Positions 12,101-24,683 of a stretch of 64,000 nucleotides of DNA are shown here, one piece after another (position 1 is the first letter of the stretch; every line of letters starts with the position of its first letter). Under the pieces are notes generated by a model, which had not been told where the DNA came from, made no database searches, and saw only the letters and a list, made by a program, of their open reading frames with translations. The DNA comes from Sporopachydermia quercuum. Its lineage: Eukaryota. The position numbers and the translations under genes are program-made. The DNA lies in contig BCGN01000003.1 of NCBI GenBank assembly GCA_001599295.1, positions 1-64,000 of the forward strand, read 5' to 3'.

Positions 12101-14637
12101 ACTTTAATTATCAATCAATAATTTAACTAGCAATGCAGTGCCAGATCTTCAACGACTTCCAGTAATACTGGGTTAACGAAAGTATTTGATGAACCAACCA
12201 TTAAACGCATATTCTTAATGAAAACATTCTCACTAAGAATGAGAATCCAAAGAACCACTCTGATGTATAACACATATCACAAGTAGCAAACTTATTGGAG
12301 ATAGGGAGGCAGATAAGGTACAAATTCAAGTATTCTCAAGTTTAAATTTTCTAAAGATATTTGAAAAGCAAACAAGTCGTCTTTCTTTCATAGGTTTGCA
12401 TTATTTAGTTGTTCCAGAATTTACCGGTAATGAATAAATAATTTCTCCTGATCAAAGCATCTTTGTCGGCTCCTTTTTCACCTTCCCAACATTGATTTTC
12501 ATTACCAAAATGAGCACCACAATCAAAGAGCCTATGACAGATCATGTTTGCTTTGTAAATGGTCTTGTTGCAAAATCCTTTAGTTGTCACTTCCAATTAC
12601 CGAAGCCAACTAATTAAAAGATTTAGTACTGAGAGTTAAAGCAATTATTGTTCTACTTTCATGTATATTTAAAGAGATTATGAAATAAAACAAGAAAATG
12701 TACTTCAGGAAAACAATAATCAAATAATTCCTCAAAGACTGTCTGTAACATAATAAAAAATAACGAGACAGGCGACGCAGTAATATATTATCGGAATCAT
12801 TTGTGAATAACTTCCATAATCTATACTAATTATTTCAAAAAAAAGGAAAACCAATAGAAGTCTAAAGCAAAGCTTACTATTCCTTTGCGCGATGGGTACG
12901 GTACAATCATCAGATAAGTTAATGAAAAGTTTCCCCATTAAAACTTGTTGTCACTATAATACTACAAGAAACTATTCATGAAATCAGAATAGTACTCTTA
13001 GTAGAATGCAGTTTCCATCAGGACGTTGATCTTTCTTTCTTTCCTTTTTCTTGGGATTGGCTCTCATAATTATCTCACTCGAAAGACATGGATCTAAATT
13101 TTTAGAATCTAAGTTTTAATAATGTCCTACAGTAACTTGGTGTAAATTTAATGGATAACCAATAAAGTCCTATTTGCAGAAAAGTAATAGTGTGTCATTG
13201 TAATGAAGTTTAATTTAGGTTGCATAAACTCCACACTAGCTTCAAGTTAAACTGCAATAGTACACAATTTAAGTTGAGGATCCATCTCATTTGAATGAAA
13301 TGTTAGATTATTATATTCTTAAGTGACACAAGTTGATAAGTTTTCTGAAGCATGGACCGTTAAATCAGCAGCTAAAGGGTTGTTGACACACTAATTATTG
13401 CAAAGAATTATGCTTGCTCTACACGTATTTCTTCAGCACATATCAACACGCTCAACAAATCAATAATAAAATTCAGGTTTTCTATGCAAATTATTACTAA
13501 AACTAATGAGTGCCATCATTTAATTCATATGATGGTCATCAGGTTCTAGATTTCCTAAACTTCAGAACCTTGACATTTATAAGCATCGCAATCATTTCTT
13601 GATCGATTTATCATTTCCCTTGCAAGGTGGTCATTGAAAATATATATTATTACGACCTTGCTAGACAACGTGATCTCCTTGGAACAAAATTATTGTCACC
13701 TTTTAACAATTCTTCAAATACTGGTCTTCTGTTTAAAAAGAAGTAACTGGAAACTGTATACTGGATCAAGCGGAACAAGAGCCAGAAGATGATTATAAAT
13801 CAGAAAAAACTAGGGACATAGATTGTTATTCTCGCTCCGAATGAAAACAATTTATATAACTCAGTAAAAGTGACAGAAAAGTATTAAAGGTTATTCTTTC
13901 CTTATCTATGTCTAGAATCAGTCTACTTGTGAAGTTGATTGAGCTTTTAGCAAGCGAGAGGAACGTATTTGCTGGAAATAAACGATAAAACCACTAATTT
14001 AACGTTCTAACTTTATGCAATAGTATGCATGGATAAAAGTAAGGTTTTTGATACAGTAAAAGTAAGTAAAAATTTTATTCAATTTATAAGGTAATAATAT
14101 AATATAGAGATAAATAAAAGGAAAGAGCATAGAGTCTGATATAGCAAAATCAGTAATATTTAGACTTTCAGTAATCAATAATAAAGTAGTAAAATAATAA
14201 TACGATAAAATGATAAAATGATAAAACGATAAGAAAATATAGTCACACGAAAGCTAAATAGTATTCATATTATATTTCAATAAGCGACAGCATTTGACCT
14301 GACGTCTCGTCTCGTCCCATTCAGCCATGAACAAAAACTTTAAAGTTCAAGAGGGCGAAGTATAAGTAGAGAGATAACGTTTGACTACAAAGGGGTTTCG
14401 GGGATTCAAGCTTGAAAGCACTAAACTTTGAATGAAATGACACAATTTCTGCAAGAATGAATCAAATCAAGTAGATCCTAGTTACATTCGTCTTCCTTGC
14501 AGATATTGTAATTGAAAAGTTTGAATGTATGAATAAGAATTCCCAAGAACAAAATTTTTACAGGTGAACTTTTTTGGCTTACATTTATTAGCTTTTAGAA
14601 TTTAATCGATACATTTTTTCATTAAAACAAATAGCTT

Positions 14638-15816
14638 TTAAATAAGGAAAGGTTTTTCGGCCATTGGTGTTAATCTGAAGGCATGTTTTCTATGAGGAAC
14701 CTCATCACCAAGTAAACTAGTATGAGCCGTTCGTCGATTATCCCAAACAACTACGGTTCCGGGCTTCAATGATGCACGAGCATGGAATTCCTTACCTTGA
14801 GATATGTGATCATATAAAAATTTTAAAATATAGTCCGATTCTTGTTTCTTTAACTGTAGAATTCTTCTACAGAAAATAGGATTAACAAATAACGACCTCT
14901 GACCAGTTACAGGGTGCGTTCGCACAATTGGATGCTCACTGATAGTTAATCCACGTTTTATACCTTTTCCACCAAATTTGGATAACGTGTCCTTGCCTTG
15001 CTCAATTCCTGAGTGAATGACAGTTAAGTGCTCTAAAAATTTCTGGAAAATTGGAGACAGTAAATTGTAGGCTTCTACTGTATCAACAAAATTAACATCA
15101 CTCCCGTTCTCGGGCAGTTCTAAAACTCCCAAAAATGTCACACCAGATGGTTGTCTCTCAAATGAGATATCAGAATTCCATAATGATCGTTCAAAAGACG
15201 TAACTACATCTGGTTGGGAACTATCTCTGAGCTTTGGGCTATAAAAGCTACTTATCTCTGGATAGCCTTTCGGAGAACCTGCAGCAGGATGAATGTGTGG
15301 GGGACCGAAGTAATTCGAAAATTTGACGATATCATCCAATGGTTGATCTTTTAAATCTTGATCTCGAAAAACAACAAATCCTCTCTGCTCGACAAATAAT
15401 GCTAACTCGTCCTTTTGGGTATCGCTTAGTTTTGATAACTGAATTCCACTCACCTCAGTACCAAACCTGGGTGTGACTTCTGAAATCTTGATATCAGAGG
15501 AATGGAATAAGTGATGAAACGAGGGATCTGCTCTCTTTCCAACATCTTCATGCTCGAATGCCTGTGGAATTTCGTAGGTTATCCATTTCTGATGAAAAGG
15601 AAGAAACTGTGGATATAAAGCTCTTTCTGCTTCTTCGGGTGCTAGCACAAAATTTCCTTCTTCGTCCTCAACAACTTTATACCGAAATACCTGTATTGCA
15701 ACTAATCCATTGTTACTTATTCCATTTAGAGCCCCTTGGTCAACACTGCTAGAGACTTCTATGTTTTGCAATGATTTGAGGTTTTCAATTGCAGCAGGTG
15801 CACTTATTGTTTCCAT
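14638..15816 (-). CDS. Divergent JLP1/TauD-family dioxygenase-like protein with a degenerate active site (WNSD instead of WHSD)
   Basis: 392-aa intact ORF that aligns along its length to the three paralogs (GIQLSKL, HIHP, HPIVRTHPVTG, WDNRRTAH). The first Fe-ligand His is Asn. Confidence 0.85.
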   Translation of the reverse strand: METISAPAAIENLKSLQNIEVSSSVDQGALNGISNNGLVAIQVFRYKVVEDEEGNFVLAPEEAERALYPQFLPFHQKWITYEIPQAFEHEDVGKRADPSFHHLFHSSDIKISEVTPRFGTEVSGIQLSKLSDTQKDELALFVEQRGFVVFRDQDLKDQPLDDIVKFSNYFGPPHIHPAAGSPKGYPEISSFYSPKLRDSSQPDVVTSFERSLWNSDISFERQPSGVTFLGVLELPENGSDVNFVDTVEAYNLLSPIFQKFLEHLTVIHSGIEQGKDTLSKFGGKGIKRGLTISEHPIVRTHPVTGQRSLFVNPIFCRRILQLKKQESDYILKFLYDHISQGKEFHARASLKPGTVVVWDNRRTAHTSLLGDEVPHRKHAFRLTPMAEKPFLI

Positions 15817-18419
15817 CTTTATAACCGAATATATCTTTTCTTATCTTATAATCAACAAAAGAGATAAGAATTATTTTTCAATTTGCTTTTCAGTTGTGTT
15901 GTAGTTCGTATTGATCAAACAAAGTAAATCAGTTAGAACTATTGTTAAAAGAGGAAACCCCAAATATATGTATGTATGTTTTAAGGGTGTTTCAACGCGA
16001 ATTGGTATAGGCTATTCAAGTAACAAATAAGGAATCCAGTGTATCTCTCCACGGAGCCATTAACAGTTATCTGTAAATGAAACGAAACACTACTTCGTGA
16101 GCTAAACTTTCTAGATTGTTCAAAATAAAAACTCTAAAATTGGGAAGTACGAAATAAGTTCGGACTTTCGGATATAAACATGAAATACTGGAGGAAGTCG
16201 AGAAATAGAAAATTTTCAGTTGATACAAACTCGGTTTAGATATTTCTGTTTTACATTGGAACTAATGACTATCAAACCCTCTTTATTTACCAATGATTTG
16301 TTCGAAGGATTCTCGAAAAAAGTCTAATACAATCCCTGCTGGTCAAAGTTTTTGTGGTTTGCATCTAAGGCTTTACTTTAGGTTTGCTGTAATTTAGGCA
16401 GCTAATGAACTTAGAAGGAACTTAGAAGGAACTCAAAATAAAAAGAATAAATAACGAAGACTAAATAAACTCTATTTATAGACTTATTGAAAGCAATTTT
16501 TCATATAATAGTATTAGTAAAACTGGTTTCTCATCATTTTTAATTCTAACAAGATTATTGAAAAAACATTTTTAGTTGTTTTTCAATTTTTTTATGAAAG
16601 AAGAGCTTCCGGATGTTGAACAATGTTTCCTTTTTTCATGTCAGAACTACTTGAGATATTTATAGAGATTCACCGACATTGGTGATATAGTTTGACGACT
16701 TTCTTTTTCCGAGAAAGTATAATAACTAAATCAATTGATTTATGAAGGAGAACCTTTTTCTTAAATCTAAACAAAAAAAAATTGAAAATCAAACTGTGAA
16801 TGACTTGTAAGATAGCGATAAAGCATCATTTGTAGTAGCNAAGGATATAGCACCTTCATCATCTTTCCCTTCCGACAGCTTTCAACTCATTAGAAGACTT
16901 AGGACCCCTCTATATAATATATTCCAATATTCCAACTGAGTTCCATAAAGCTCAAGTCAGGGTTTATTTACTGATCAGATAGTAGCATTATTTATGCCTC
17001 ACGATGGTCTCTGGATATTACTTTGGAAATATAACATTAGGGTGAATACTTGCTCGAAGTGTTTAATCACTCTCTTCTACAGTTTATCCTACCACTTTTT
17101 CAGCTTATCATCTATTCTAACTAAGTATTTGAAATAAATTAACTCCAGGTTATATTTGTACCTTTCAACGGTTGTTCAACGTGAGAGTTCATATTGACTT
17201 AATTTCATTAGTCATTAACATGTTAGATGGCCTAAAGCTAAAGAAAGTTTTAATGAACCAAACTTCAATTCGTTTCGTAAATCCAAATCTGAGCCAACCA
17301 ATGGAAATACACTCAACTCAAAACGCTCCATGACAAAACTTTGGTCTCTCTCTGCTTGACTTGACTGATGCTTGCAAGATACAACATTTAATGGATACAT
17401 TAGAGCGAAACTGATAACTTTTATTGTTCGCTGACTCTTGCAGGAGTTGAAGGTAAACTGTTTTGTATTCACAACTTTACTATTTGTTGTTCAAAAAGTT
17501 GGGGTCAGTTAAATCGGGAGAATTTAAACAAAACAAAAATGGAACGGCCAGGTCAAATTGGGATAAGATAGTGATCTTGAGTTTTCCAACTACTAAATAC
17601 AACATATAATTTGATGATCAACCATAGCTGCTATTGAACAGCCTTCTGATATTTTATCATTGTATTAATTATCGCGCAATGACGTAAATTAATTATTATT
17701 GAAATTCTTATGCTCAGGCTAATACCAATATTATACTAACAATCGCTTTCATTTAGATTAATCAGAACAGCTTGGAAAATTACCTAACAAGCATCATCCA
17801 ATAAACTATATTATAAGAAATTGTTATCAAACAACATAAAGTACCCTTCATATAAATTAGCAAACTCTTGATGCTGGATAATAGCATTTAATGCTAATTA
17901 ACACCTTCAATGATAGGGAATCGGCTAGTCCGCCCTTTACTTATGCATTGCATAACTTCTTATTAAGTCATACTTTTTAACCATGGACTCCCCCAAAATA
18001 GAATAGAAAGGAGGCTTTTTGAATCATCAGAAACTTATTTAGGGATTATTTTCTCACTTGCCTTTCTTTCGTACTTAGGATATGGCATCATTTTCTTTGC
18101 AACTCGTGATTTGACGCAAATAAAGTTCCCCGTAAATCACCAATAAGATTTGAACTTGAATTTAACTTAAAAAATATTCTTCACACTTAGAAAGAAAAAT
18201 ACTAATTCTAAAGAATATTTTGATGTTACGGTAATACGGAATTAACAATCTTTTAGGCAACAGTTGTTGAGATTTGAATATAAATTCAATTGAAATGCTC
18301 TCTCATTAATAGTAGTACAGATATAATTTTAGAATCATGATAGAATGCAAACAACAGGACCTAGAAAATAGATTATGGGAATACAATTGAAGTTGTTCAG
18401 ACTTACAAGCAGGATCAAA

Positions 18420-20321
18420 ATGTCAAGCAAAGTACCTAAAGAGGCATCTGAATTTACCAAAGCAAATAATGCTGTGGTTTTGAATCAATTGCCTTTTGAC
18501 AATCAACAGGATTTTGAAAATTCTAGAAGAGGATTCATTGCTACTGTTGAGGATGAAGTCGTAAAGACCCCTAATGGTAAAGTGGCAATTGATATCAGCC
18601 AGTATGATTTTCTTAGAGATGAATCAAAGGCTCCTGATACTGTAAATCCAAGTTTATGGAGACAATCACAGTTACTACAGATTCACGGGTTATTTGAAAT
18701 AGTTAAGGGTGTTTATCAATTCAGGAATGTTGACCTTGCTAATACAACTTTTATTCGTGGTGAAAGAGGTTGGATTGTAATTGACGTTCTTACATCATTG
18801 GAAACTGCAAAAGTGTCATTGGATCTTATTAATAAACATGTAGAGAATCTGCCAGTAACTGGTGTTATTATCACACATTCTCACCTAGATCATTTTGGGG
18901 GGTTACGGGCAATTGTAGATGAAGAAGATGTTTTATCAGGAAAAATTCCTCTTGTTGTACCGGAAGGGTTCTACGAAGAATCTATTAGTGAAAACGTTTT
19001 TGCCGGAAATGCAATGAGCCGTCGTGCATCGTATATGTTTGGGAGGCTGATTCCGAAAAACACAAAAGGAAGTGTAGGAAATGGGCTGGGTACGGGATTG
19101 GTTTCTGGCTCAGTTTCTCTGTTCAAGCCAAACAAAGAAGTCACAACAACTGGGGAAAGGGTTACAGTTGACGGCATTGAATTTGAATTTTTAATGGCTC
19201 CCGAATCTGAGGCTCCAGCAGAAGCAATGATCTATGTTCCCAAGTTTAAGCTTCTTCATGCTGCAGAGAATGCTGGTCATACTTTGCACAATCTTTTAAC
19301 TTTGAGAGGAGCTAAAATTAGAAGTGCTAAGAAATGGTCAGGATATCTGCATGAAGCCATTCAAAGATGGGGGAACGAAGCTGAAGTATCTGTTGGAGGA
19401 CATGCTTGGCCAACTTGGGGTAAGCAAGCTGTGATTGACCATTTAGCCACTCAACGAGATTTGTACAAATACATTAATGATCAGACTTTGAGACTTGCTA
19501 ATCAAGGTTACACATTGAACGAAGTTGCTGAGAAATTTGTCTTACCAGAGGCGTTATCCAAAGAATTCAGTAACAGAAGTTATTATGGTCATTTGAAACA
19601 TAATATTAGAGCAACATATGTTTTTTATCTTGGATTCTGGGATGGTAATCCAGGAAATTTTGATCCTTACACTCCTGAAGAAGAAGCAAAAAAGATTACT
19701 GAACTTATTGGTGTTGAAAAAGCCTTTGAGGCTGCTCAAAAGGCGTTTGACCTAGGTGATTATCGTTGGACTGTCAATCTTACCAATAAATTAGTATTTG
19801 CAAATCCGGAGAACGAAAAAGCACGTTTATTAGAAGCTGATGCTTTAGAGCAATTAGCATATCAAGAAGAATCTGCAACTGTAAGAAACTATTATCTTAC
19901 CGGTGCTCAAGAACTTCGCAATGGCGTCAATAAGCCTAATGATCCAGTAGGAATCTCTGCAGATATTGTCGCTGGTTTGTCAATTAGTATCATCTTGGAT
20001 TTTCTGGCTATTCACTTAAATGGTCCTAAAATTGGAAACAAGCAGTTCAGCTTTAATCTTACTTTACCCGATATCAATGAAGAATATTCTATTTCTATTG
20101 CTAATGGTGTCTTAAACTTTACTGAAAACTTACTTGAAAACGTGGATGCATTTGTCACATTTAATAGATCTGTCTTGAATGACATTGCTCTCGGAAAATA
20201 TGAATTTAAAGAAGCACTTGCCACTGGAAANATCAAAATTGAAGGCACAAAAGAGAAGTTCTTTGAAGTTATACCTTACTTTGATAAGTTTGAGTTCTGG
20301 TTCAATATTTCTGAACCATGA
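18420..20321 (+). CDS. BDS1: Alkyl/aryl-sulfatase of the metallo-beta-lactamase fold (SdsA1/Bds1 type)
   Basis: Motifs TVNPSLWRQ, THSHLDHFGG, HNLLTLRGAKIR, RSYYG and an SCP2-like C-terminus. The ORF opens at ATG 18375; the likelier start is ATG 18420 (AAAATG context, MSSKVPKEAS). Confidence 0.9.
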   Translation: MSSKVPKEASEFTKANNAVVLNQLPFDNQQDFENSRRGFIATVEDEVVKTPNGKVAIDISQYDFLRDESKAPDTVNPSLWRQSQLLQIHGLFEIVKGVYQFRNVDLANTTFIRGERGWIVIDVLTSLETAKVSLDLINKHVENLPVTGVIITHSHLDHFGGLRAIVDEEDVLSGKIPLVVPEGFYEESISENVFAGNAMSRRASYMFGRLIPKNTKGSVGNGLGTGLVSGSVSLFKPNKEVTTTGERVTVDGIEFEFLMAPESEAPAEAMIYVPKFKLLHAAENAGHTLHNLLTLRGAKIRSAKKWSGYLHEAIQRWGNEAEVSVGGHAWPTWGKQAVIDHLATQRDLYKYINDQTLRLANQGYTLNEVAEKFVLPEALSKEFSNRSYYGHLKHNIRATYVFYLGFWDGNPGNFDPYTPEEEAKKITELIGVEKAFEAAQKAFDLGDYRWTVNLTNKLVFANPENEKARLLEADALEQLAYQEESATVRNYYLTGAQELRNGVNKPNDPVGISADIVAGLSISIILDFLAIHLNGPKIGNKQFSFNLTLPDINEEYSISIANGVLNFTENLLENVDAFVTFNRSVLNDIALGKYEFKEALATGXIKIEGTKEKFFEVIPYFDKFEFWFNISEP

Positions 20322-22613
20322 TGAAGGTCTTGTTGCACAAGTTTGACAGAAATAACTTCACATTTTATTCAAATGTCAATCTTAAAATTAATCATTTGAT
20401 TACTCAATTGAAGAATCTAATAGGGCTAATTTGTCGTTGTCAATAATGGAAAAGGATGCGCTGTTAAAATTATTAAGCAGTTTTGAAGAAAAAGTCAGGC
20501 ATATCATAGATCCTTCGGATTTCAGTTTATATTCTAGTTTTAAAAAGTCTATTATTTTCTCATTGACGTCTAGGATAGACCTCTCGTAGTCTCCATTTTG
20601 CTAAACATGCATTTATAGTAAAAGCTTGTTAGTTTGGAAGCTATGACATGAGATTCAACTGTGAAGTCGGAAGATATTACAATTTATTTGGATATTCATT
20701 CTTTGACTTGTTAATCATTTCCAAAAATTTTATAGGTGGTTTTTTTACTATTTCATTACTGAATTGGGTTTGAAGTATGTATAGATTGTTTGGAGATACT
20801 AGTCTATCAAATTATCATTCATCATTGTTGTAAACATTAGAAAGGAAACAATTTCAAATATCTCCCTATTGGGAATGTAAGTATAATAAACTCTAATGAA
20901 ATTAAAGATATTACTTTAACTGTAACCTAATTTTAGGTTTCTCGCCAATATTTCGCCTATTTCTACGTAAAGCACGTCATTCACTATATCCATATATCGA
21001 GACGGAAATATATTTTTTAAATCTCCGGCTTCTCCAAACTGTATTTTAAGATTCATCTGGAGCATAATTTCTTCATGAAACCATGAAGAATATCCATAAC
21101 ATGATTTCATCTTCCATGGATTTCCATTCCATAGCTTCTACAAGAAATTGATGTTTGCTGTATTATTTTCCAAACAGCAGAGAGCGCTAAACTTACCAGG
21201 AGGCAATACATTTCTAGTTGGTAGCAACCAAATCGTTCCTTCAGAAAGGACGCACATAAGGTAGCTGAAAGTATTTATTGGTTTTCTAACATGTTTCTTT
21301 GGTTCTACGAGAGATTTTCAAGAAGTTCGTCGCGTCACAGTTCACCCATATAATTTCCTTAATCCACATTGGTTATAAACTGAAGAACAAGAACACTGGA
21401 GCGGACAATTATAAATAGAGTTGATAGACTAGAATAATATATGGACGTAACTTCTTCTTCTAGTCTTAGATTGAGGAATCTGGTGCTGACTGACTGACAC
21501 CTTAGCGCTTGCTGAAACATCTGCTGATCAGAGACTCCCAACTACACTGCTTTACAAGATATCTGGAAAGGATTAACTATAATTTTGCTTGCAATATTAG
21601 AGCTGCTTTCAGCTTTATTGGCTAATTTGACAATAACAGTCGGCTTTGTGACTTTTCCTAATGTTCTTGTTTCTCATTTCCAGAATCCGAGATCCCAATT
21701 CTGTTAAACAATGAATATTGCCTTGCAATTGAGTTTAAGATTTATGCATACAAAAACATTAGAACCTTAAATGGACACCCTAAATTACCCTCTGTTTCTC
21801 CTGATTCACGTTTGACATATTTACTTTATCTTTAATTACCAAATGTGGTAACTCATCGAACCTTAATCCAAAGAGTTTCGACATTTTATTTCACTTTTCA
21901 AGTAAATAGAGATATGATTTCTAGTACTCCATAGGGACGATGATTTTGATTCATCATTCTGTTCCCCTTACCTTGAAAATCTAAAGAGAAGACCTGTATT
22001 CTCAGAGATAGCTATTTTAGCTACCAAAGAAAAATAGGAACTCTAATGATCCGAAAGAGTAGTTTTGGGGGAACCATCCTTCTTTTCAAGATAACCGATT
22101 TCCTTCCTTTAAATCCTTATAGTGAAGCTTTGTATACTATAATTTTCCTGTAGCTTTGTAACTTTGAGCTGATTAATGAGTTCTCTTACCACGATTACTG
22201 ATTAATCTGACCTGGAAAAATTGTCACTCTGGATTGGCTTCTATACAATTTTGCCTTTTCACAACTGAAAACTTTCAAACCATTTATTTGACTTCTTTTG
22301 TAGATTCAGACTATACTAAAGCTAAAAACTAATAGTATGGTAGTGTATTCTTATTGCTTGGTTTCCTTTTTGTTGTTCATAAATACTGAATCATTGGCAA
22401 TTTCGAGTATTTACGAACAACAAAATTAGTAATGTCAATAAAATGAAAATTAATGACTCGTTCAATATGAGAACAAATNAAATTCATCCTTTTCTATCAA
22501 AGAGTGCGAACGAATTAAAAATCATATTCGTTTTCAATGGTACTTTTTGTTTTTACTGCTAGGAATTAACAGTCCTACTTTATCATGTGCAAACATTTCA
22601 AAATTTCTCTCTC

Positions 22614-22622
22614 TCACGTGAC
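22614..22622. promoter_or_regulatory. Cbf1-type E-box TCACGTGAC upstream of JLP1 paralog b
   Basis: Exact consensus match ~290 bp upstream of ATG 22910. Confidence 0.6.
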
Positions 22623-22909
22623 ATTTGTATGAAGAAAATTGTAATCTTTACATACAAAAAAGCATAAAGTTTATGTTTACAAGTATGTTTAGCTTCCGCA
22701 TTGAGCAATAATTTGCAACTCTATCTTAAAGAAAAAAGTATATAAGAAAGAATCACTTCCCGGAACTCTTTCTAAAGCAAATATTATCGTAAAGAGTGGA
22801 CGAGATATTAGCCTTACTATTGTCCTTTTCCATCAATTACTTTTTAGTCCCACTTAATAATCAGTTTTTGAAATTACTCATCTCAGGAAAAAAAATTATT
22901 AGTATCAAA

Positions 22910-24082
22910 ATGGCTCCAACTGCATCTGCCACTGTTACAGTAACAGAACAAAACGATCAAGCTCGCTTGTTAAAAGACAAGAAAGCTGAAGAGCTAAAGA
23001 ATTTGATTTACCCAGTAAAAACTTACGGACTAGAATACAAAACTGTTGAAGATGAAGAAGGAAATTTTGTTATAGACCCCGAAGAGGCAAAAGGAGTATT
23101 GTATCCTCATTTTTTGCCATTCCACCAGAAAACAATTACTCATGAGTTACCAGGAGAATTTACAATTGAAGATGTTGCTAAAAAAGCTGATCCTTCATTC
23201 AAAAATCTTTTTAACTCGGAAAACATCAAAAAGTCAAACATTACCCCCAAGTTTGGAACAGACCTTTCTGGTATTCAACTTTCCAAATTAAACGATGCTC
23301 AAAAGGATGAACTTGCTCTGTTCATCGAACAAAGAGGATTGGTTGTACTTCGTGATCAAGATTTGAAAGATCAACCTTTGGATGATATCGTCAAATTTGG
23401 NGAATATTTTGGTCCTCAACACATTCATCCAGCAACTCCTTCGCCAAAGGGATATCCTCAAATTCATCTTGTTTATAAGCCTGAAAAAGAGGTGATCGCG
23501 GATCAAATCTTTTCGGACAAACTTAACAGTCTGGGATGGCACAGTGATATATCTTTTGAAGAACAACCAGCTTCGTTATCGTTTCTAGCAATTCTAGAAC
23601 TACCAGAGAGCGGTGGTGATACTTTGTTTGCTAATACTGCTGAAGCTTACAACAGACTGTCCCCAGCACTACAAAAGTTCTTGGAAGGGTTGACCGTCAT
23701 TCACTCCGGCATTGAACAGGGAGAAATGACTTTGAATAAGTTTGGTGGTAAAGGAATTAAGCGCGGATTAGCAATTAGTGAGCATCCCGTTGTTCGTACT
23801 CATCCAGTAACAGGAGAAAGGGCATTATATGTTAACCCTATCTTTTCAAGACGAATTCCTCAATTGAAGAAAGAAGAGTCTGATTACCTATTAAATTTCC
23901 TTTACGACCACATTTCTAAAGGACAAGATTTTCAAGCCAGAGCCAAATGGGAAGTAGGAACTGTCGTAGCCTGGGATAATAGGAAGACTGTGCATAGTCC
24001 TTTATTCGATTGGAGCTCCTCTGAAAGACGGCACCTATTTAGATTGACACCATTGGGCGAGAAACCATTCTTTAAGCCATAA
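22910..24082 (+). CDS. JLP1: Fe(II)/2-oxoglutarate-dependent sulfonate dioxygenase (JLP1/TauD family), paralog b
   Basis: Intact WHSD...GGDT...WDNRKTVH...RRHLFR motifs. Start placed at ATG 22910 (MAPTASAT, matches paralogs) rather than the track's GTG 22796. Confidence 0.9.
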   Translation: MAPTASATVTVTEQNDQARLLKDKKAEELKNLIYPVKTYGLEYKTVEDEEGNFVIDPEEAKGVLYPHFLPFHQKTITHELPGEFTIEDVAKKADPSFKNLFNSENIKKSNITPKFGTDLSGIQLSKLNDAQKDELALFIEQRGLVVLRDQDLKDQPLDDIVKFXEYFGPQHIHPATPSPKGYPQIHLVYKPEKEVIADQIFSDKLNSLGWHSDISFEEQPASLSFLAILELPESGGDTLFANTAEAYNRLSPALQKFLEGLTVIHSGIEQGEMTLNKFGGKGIKRGLAISEHPVVRTHPVTGERALYVNPIFSRRIPQLKKEESDYLLNFLYDHISKGQDFQARAKWEVGTVVAWDNRKTVHSPLFDWSSSERRHLFRLTPLGEKPFFKP

Positions 24083-24406
24083 AATCTTATATTACTGGTT
24101 TTTCTTTTCAATATAGCTTAATATAAAAATTCTATTAGTAGATTGAAGTATAAGATAAATGTAGGATATCTTAATTTGGGTTCTAGTATTTCAAGTTAAT
24201 TTTCCAGCTTGCATACCTCCCGTCACCTTTCTATTGTGTTCCAACCTTGATTCGTTTCAATATTTCAATCTTACTGAACATGTTATATACAACACTGACT
24301 ATTTTCATTTTTTTAGAATAATATTAATCGTATCATTTTTATAATCAGCATATGGATTTACGCACGCTCGATGCTTCATTCAGATATCAGATCATTCAGG
24401 AGACGG

Positions 24407-24414
24407 CACGTGAC
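24407..24414. promoter_or_regulatory. Cbf1-type E-box CACGTGAC upstream of JLP1 paralog c
   Basis: Exact consensus (GTCACGTG on minus) ~270 bp upstream of ATG 24684, similar spacing to paralog b. Confidence 0.6.
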
Positions 24415-24683
24415 ATGGTTAATTACTTTCCCATGTTTGACAGATATTTGATAAATTACGACAATTGAGATAGAGTTTATCTAATTCATGATTAGATCAA
24501 CTTAATCTCAAATACGAGAATTTTAATTTCTGAATAGTATAAATAGTTCTTCATCATACTGTTTGAAAATTCATTCTTATTCTTTATCTATTTACTAACT
24601 GGATAAAGGGAATAGTTAAAGCATTAAGAGTATCAGTACTTGCAGTAACCATATTATTGATTTTACTCGCTGCTTTATACAAT

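Noticed and set aside
12946..13457. Solo LTR (TGTTG...CAACA)
   Set aside because: There is no matching 5-bp target-site duplication at either candidate end and no second copy in the window.
14638..15816. Divergent TauD copy as an Fe/2OG halogenase
   Set aside because: Halogenases replace the Asp/Glu of HxD with Gly/Ala. Here the Asp is kept and the His is lost.
20900..21720. Short ORF-like stretches between BDS1 and JLP1-b as a pseudogene
   Set aside because: All frames are interrupted and I recognised no protein family.
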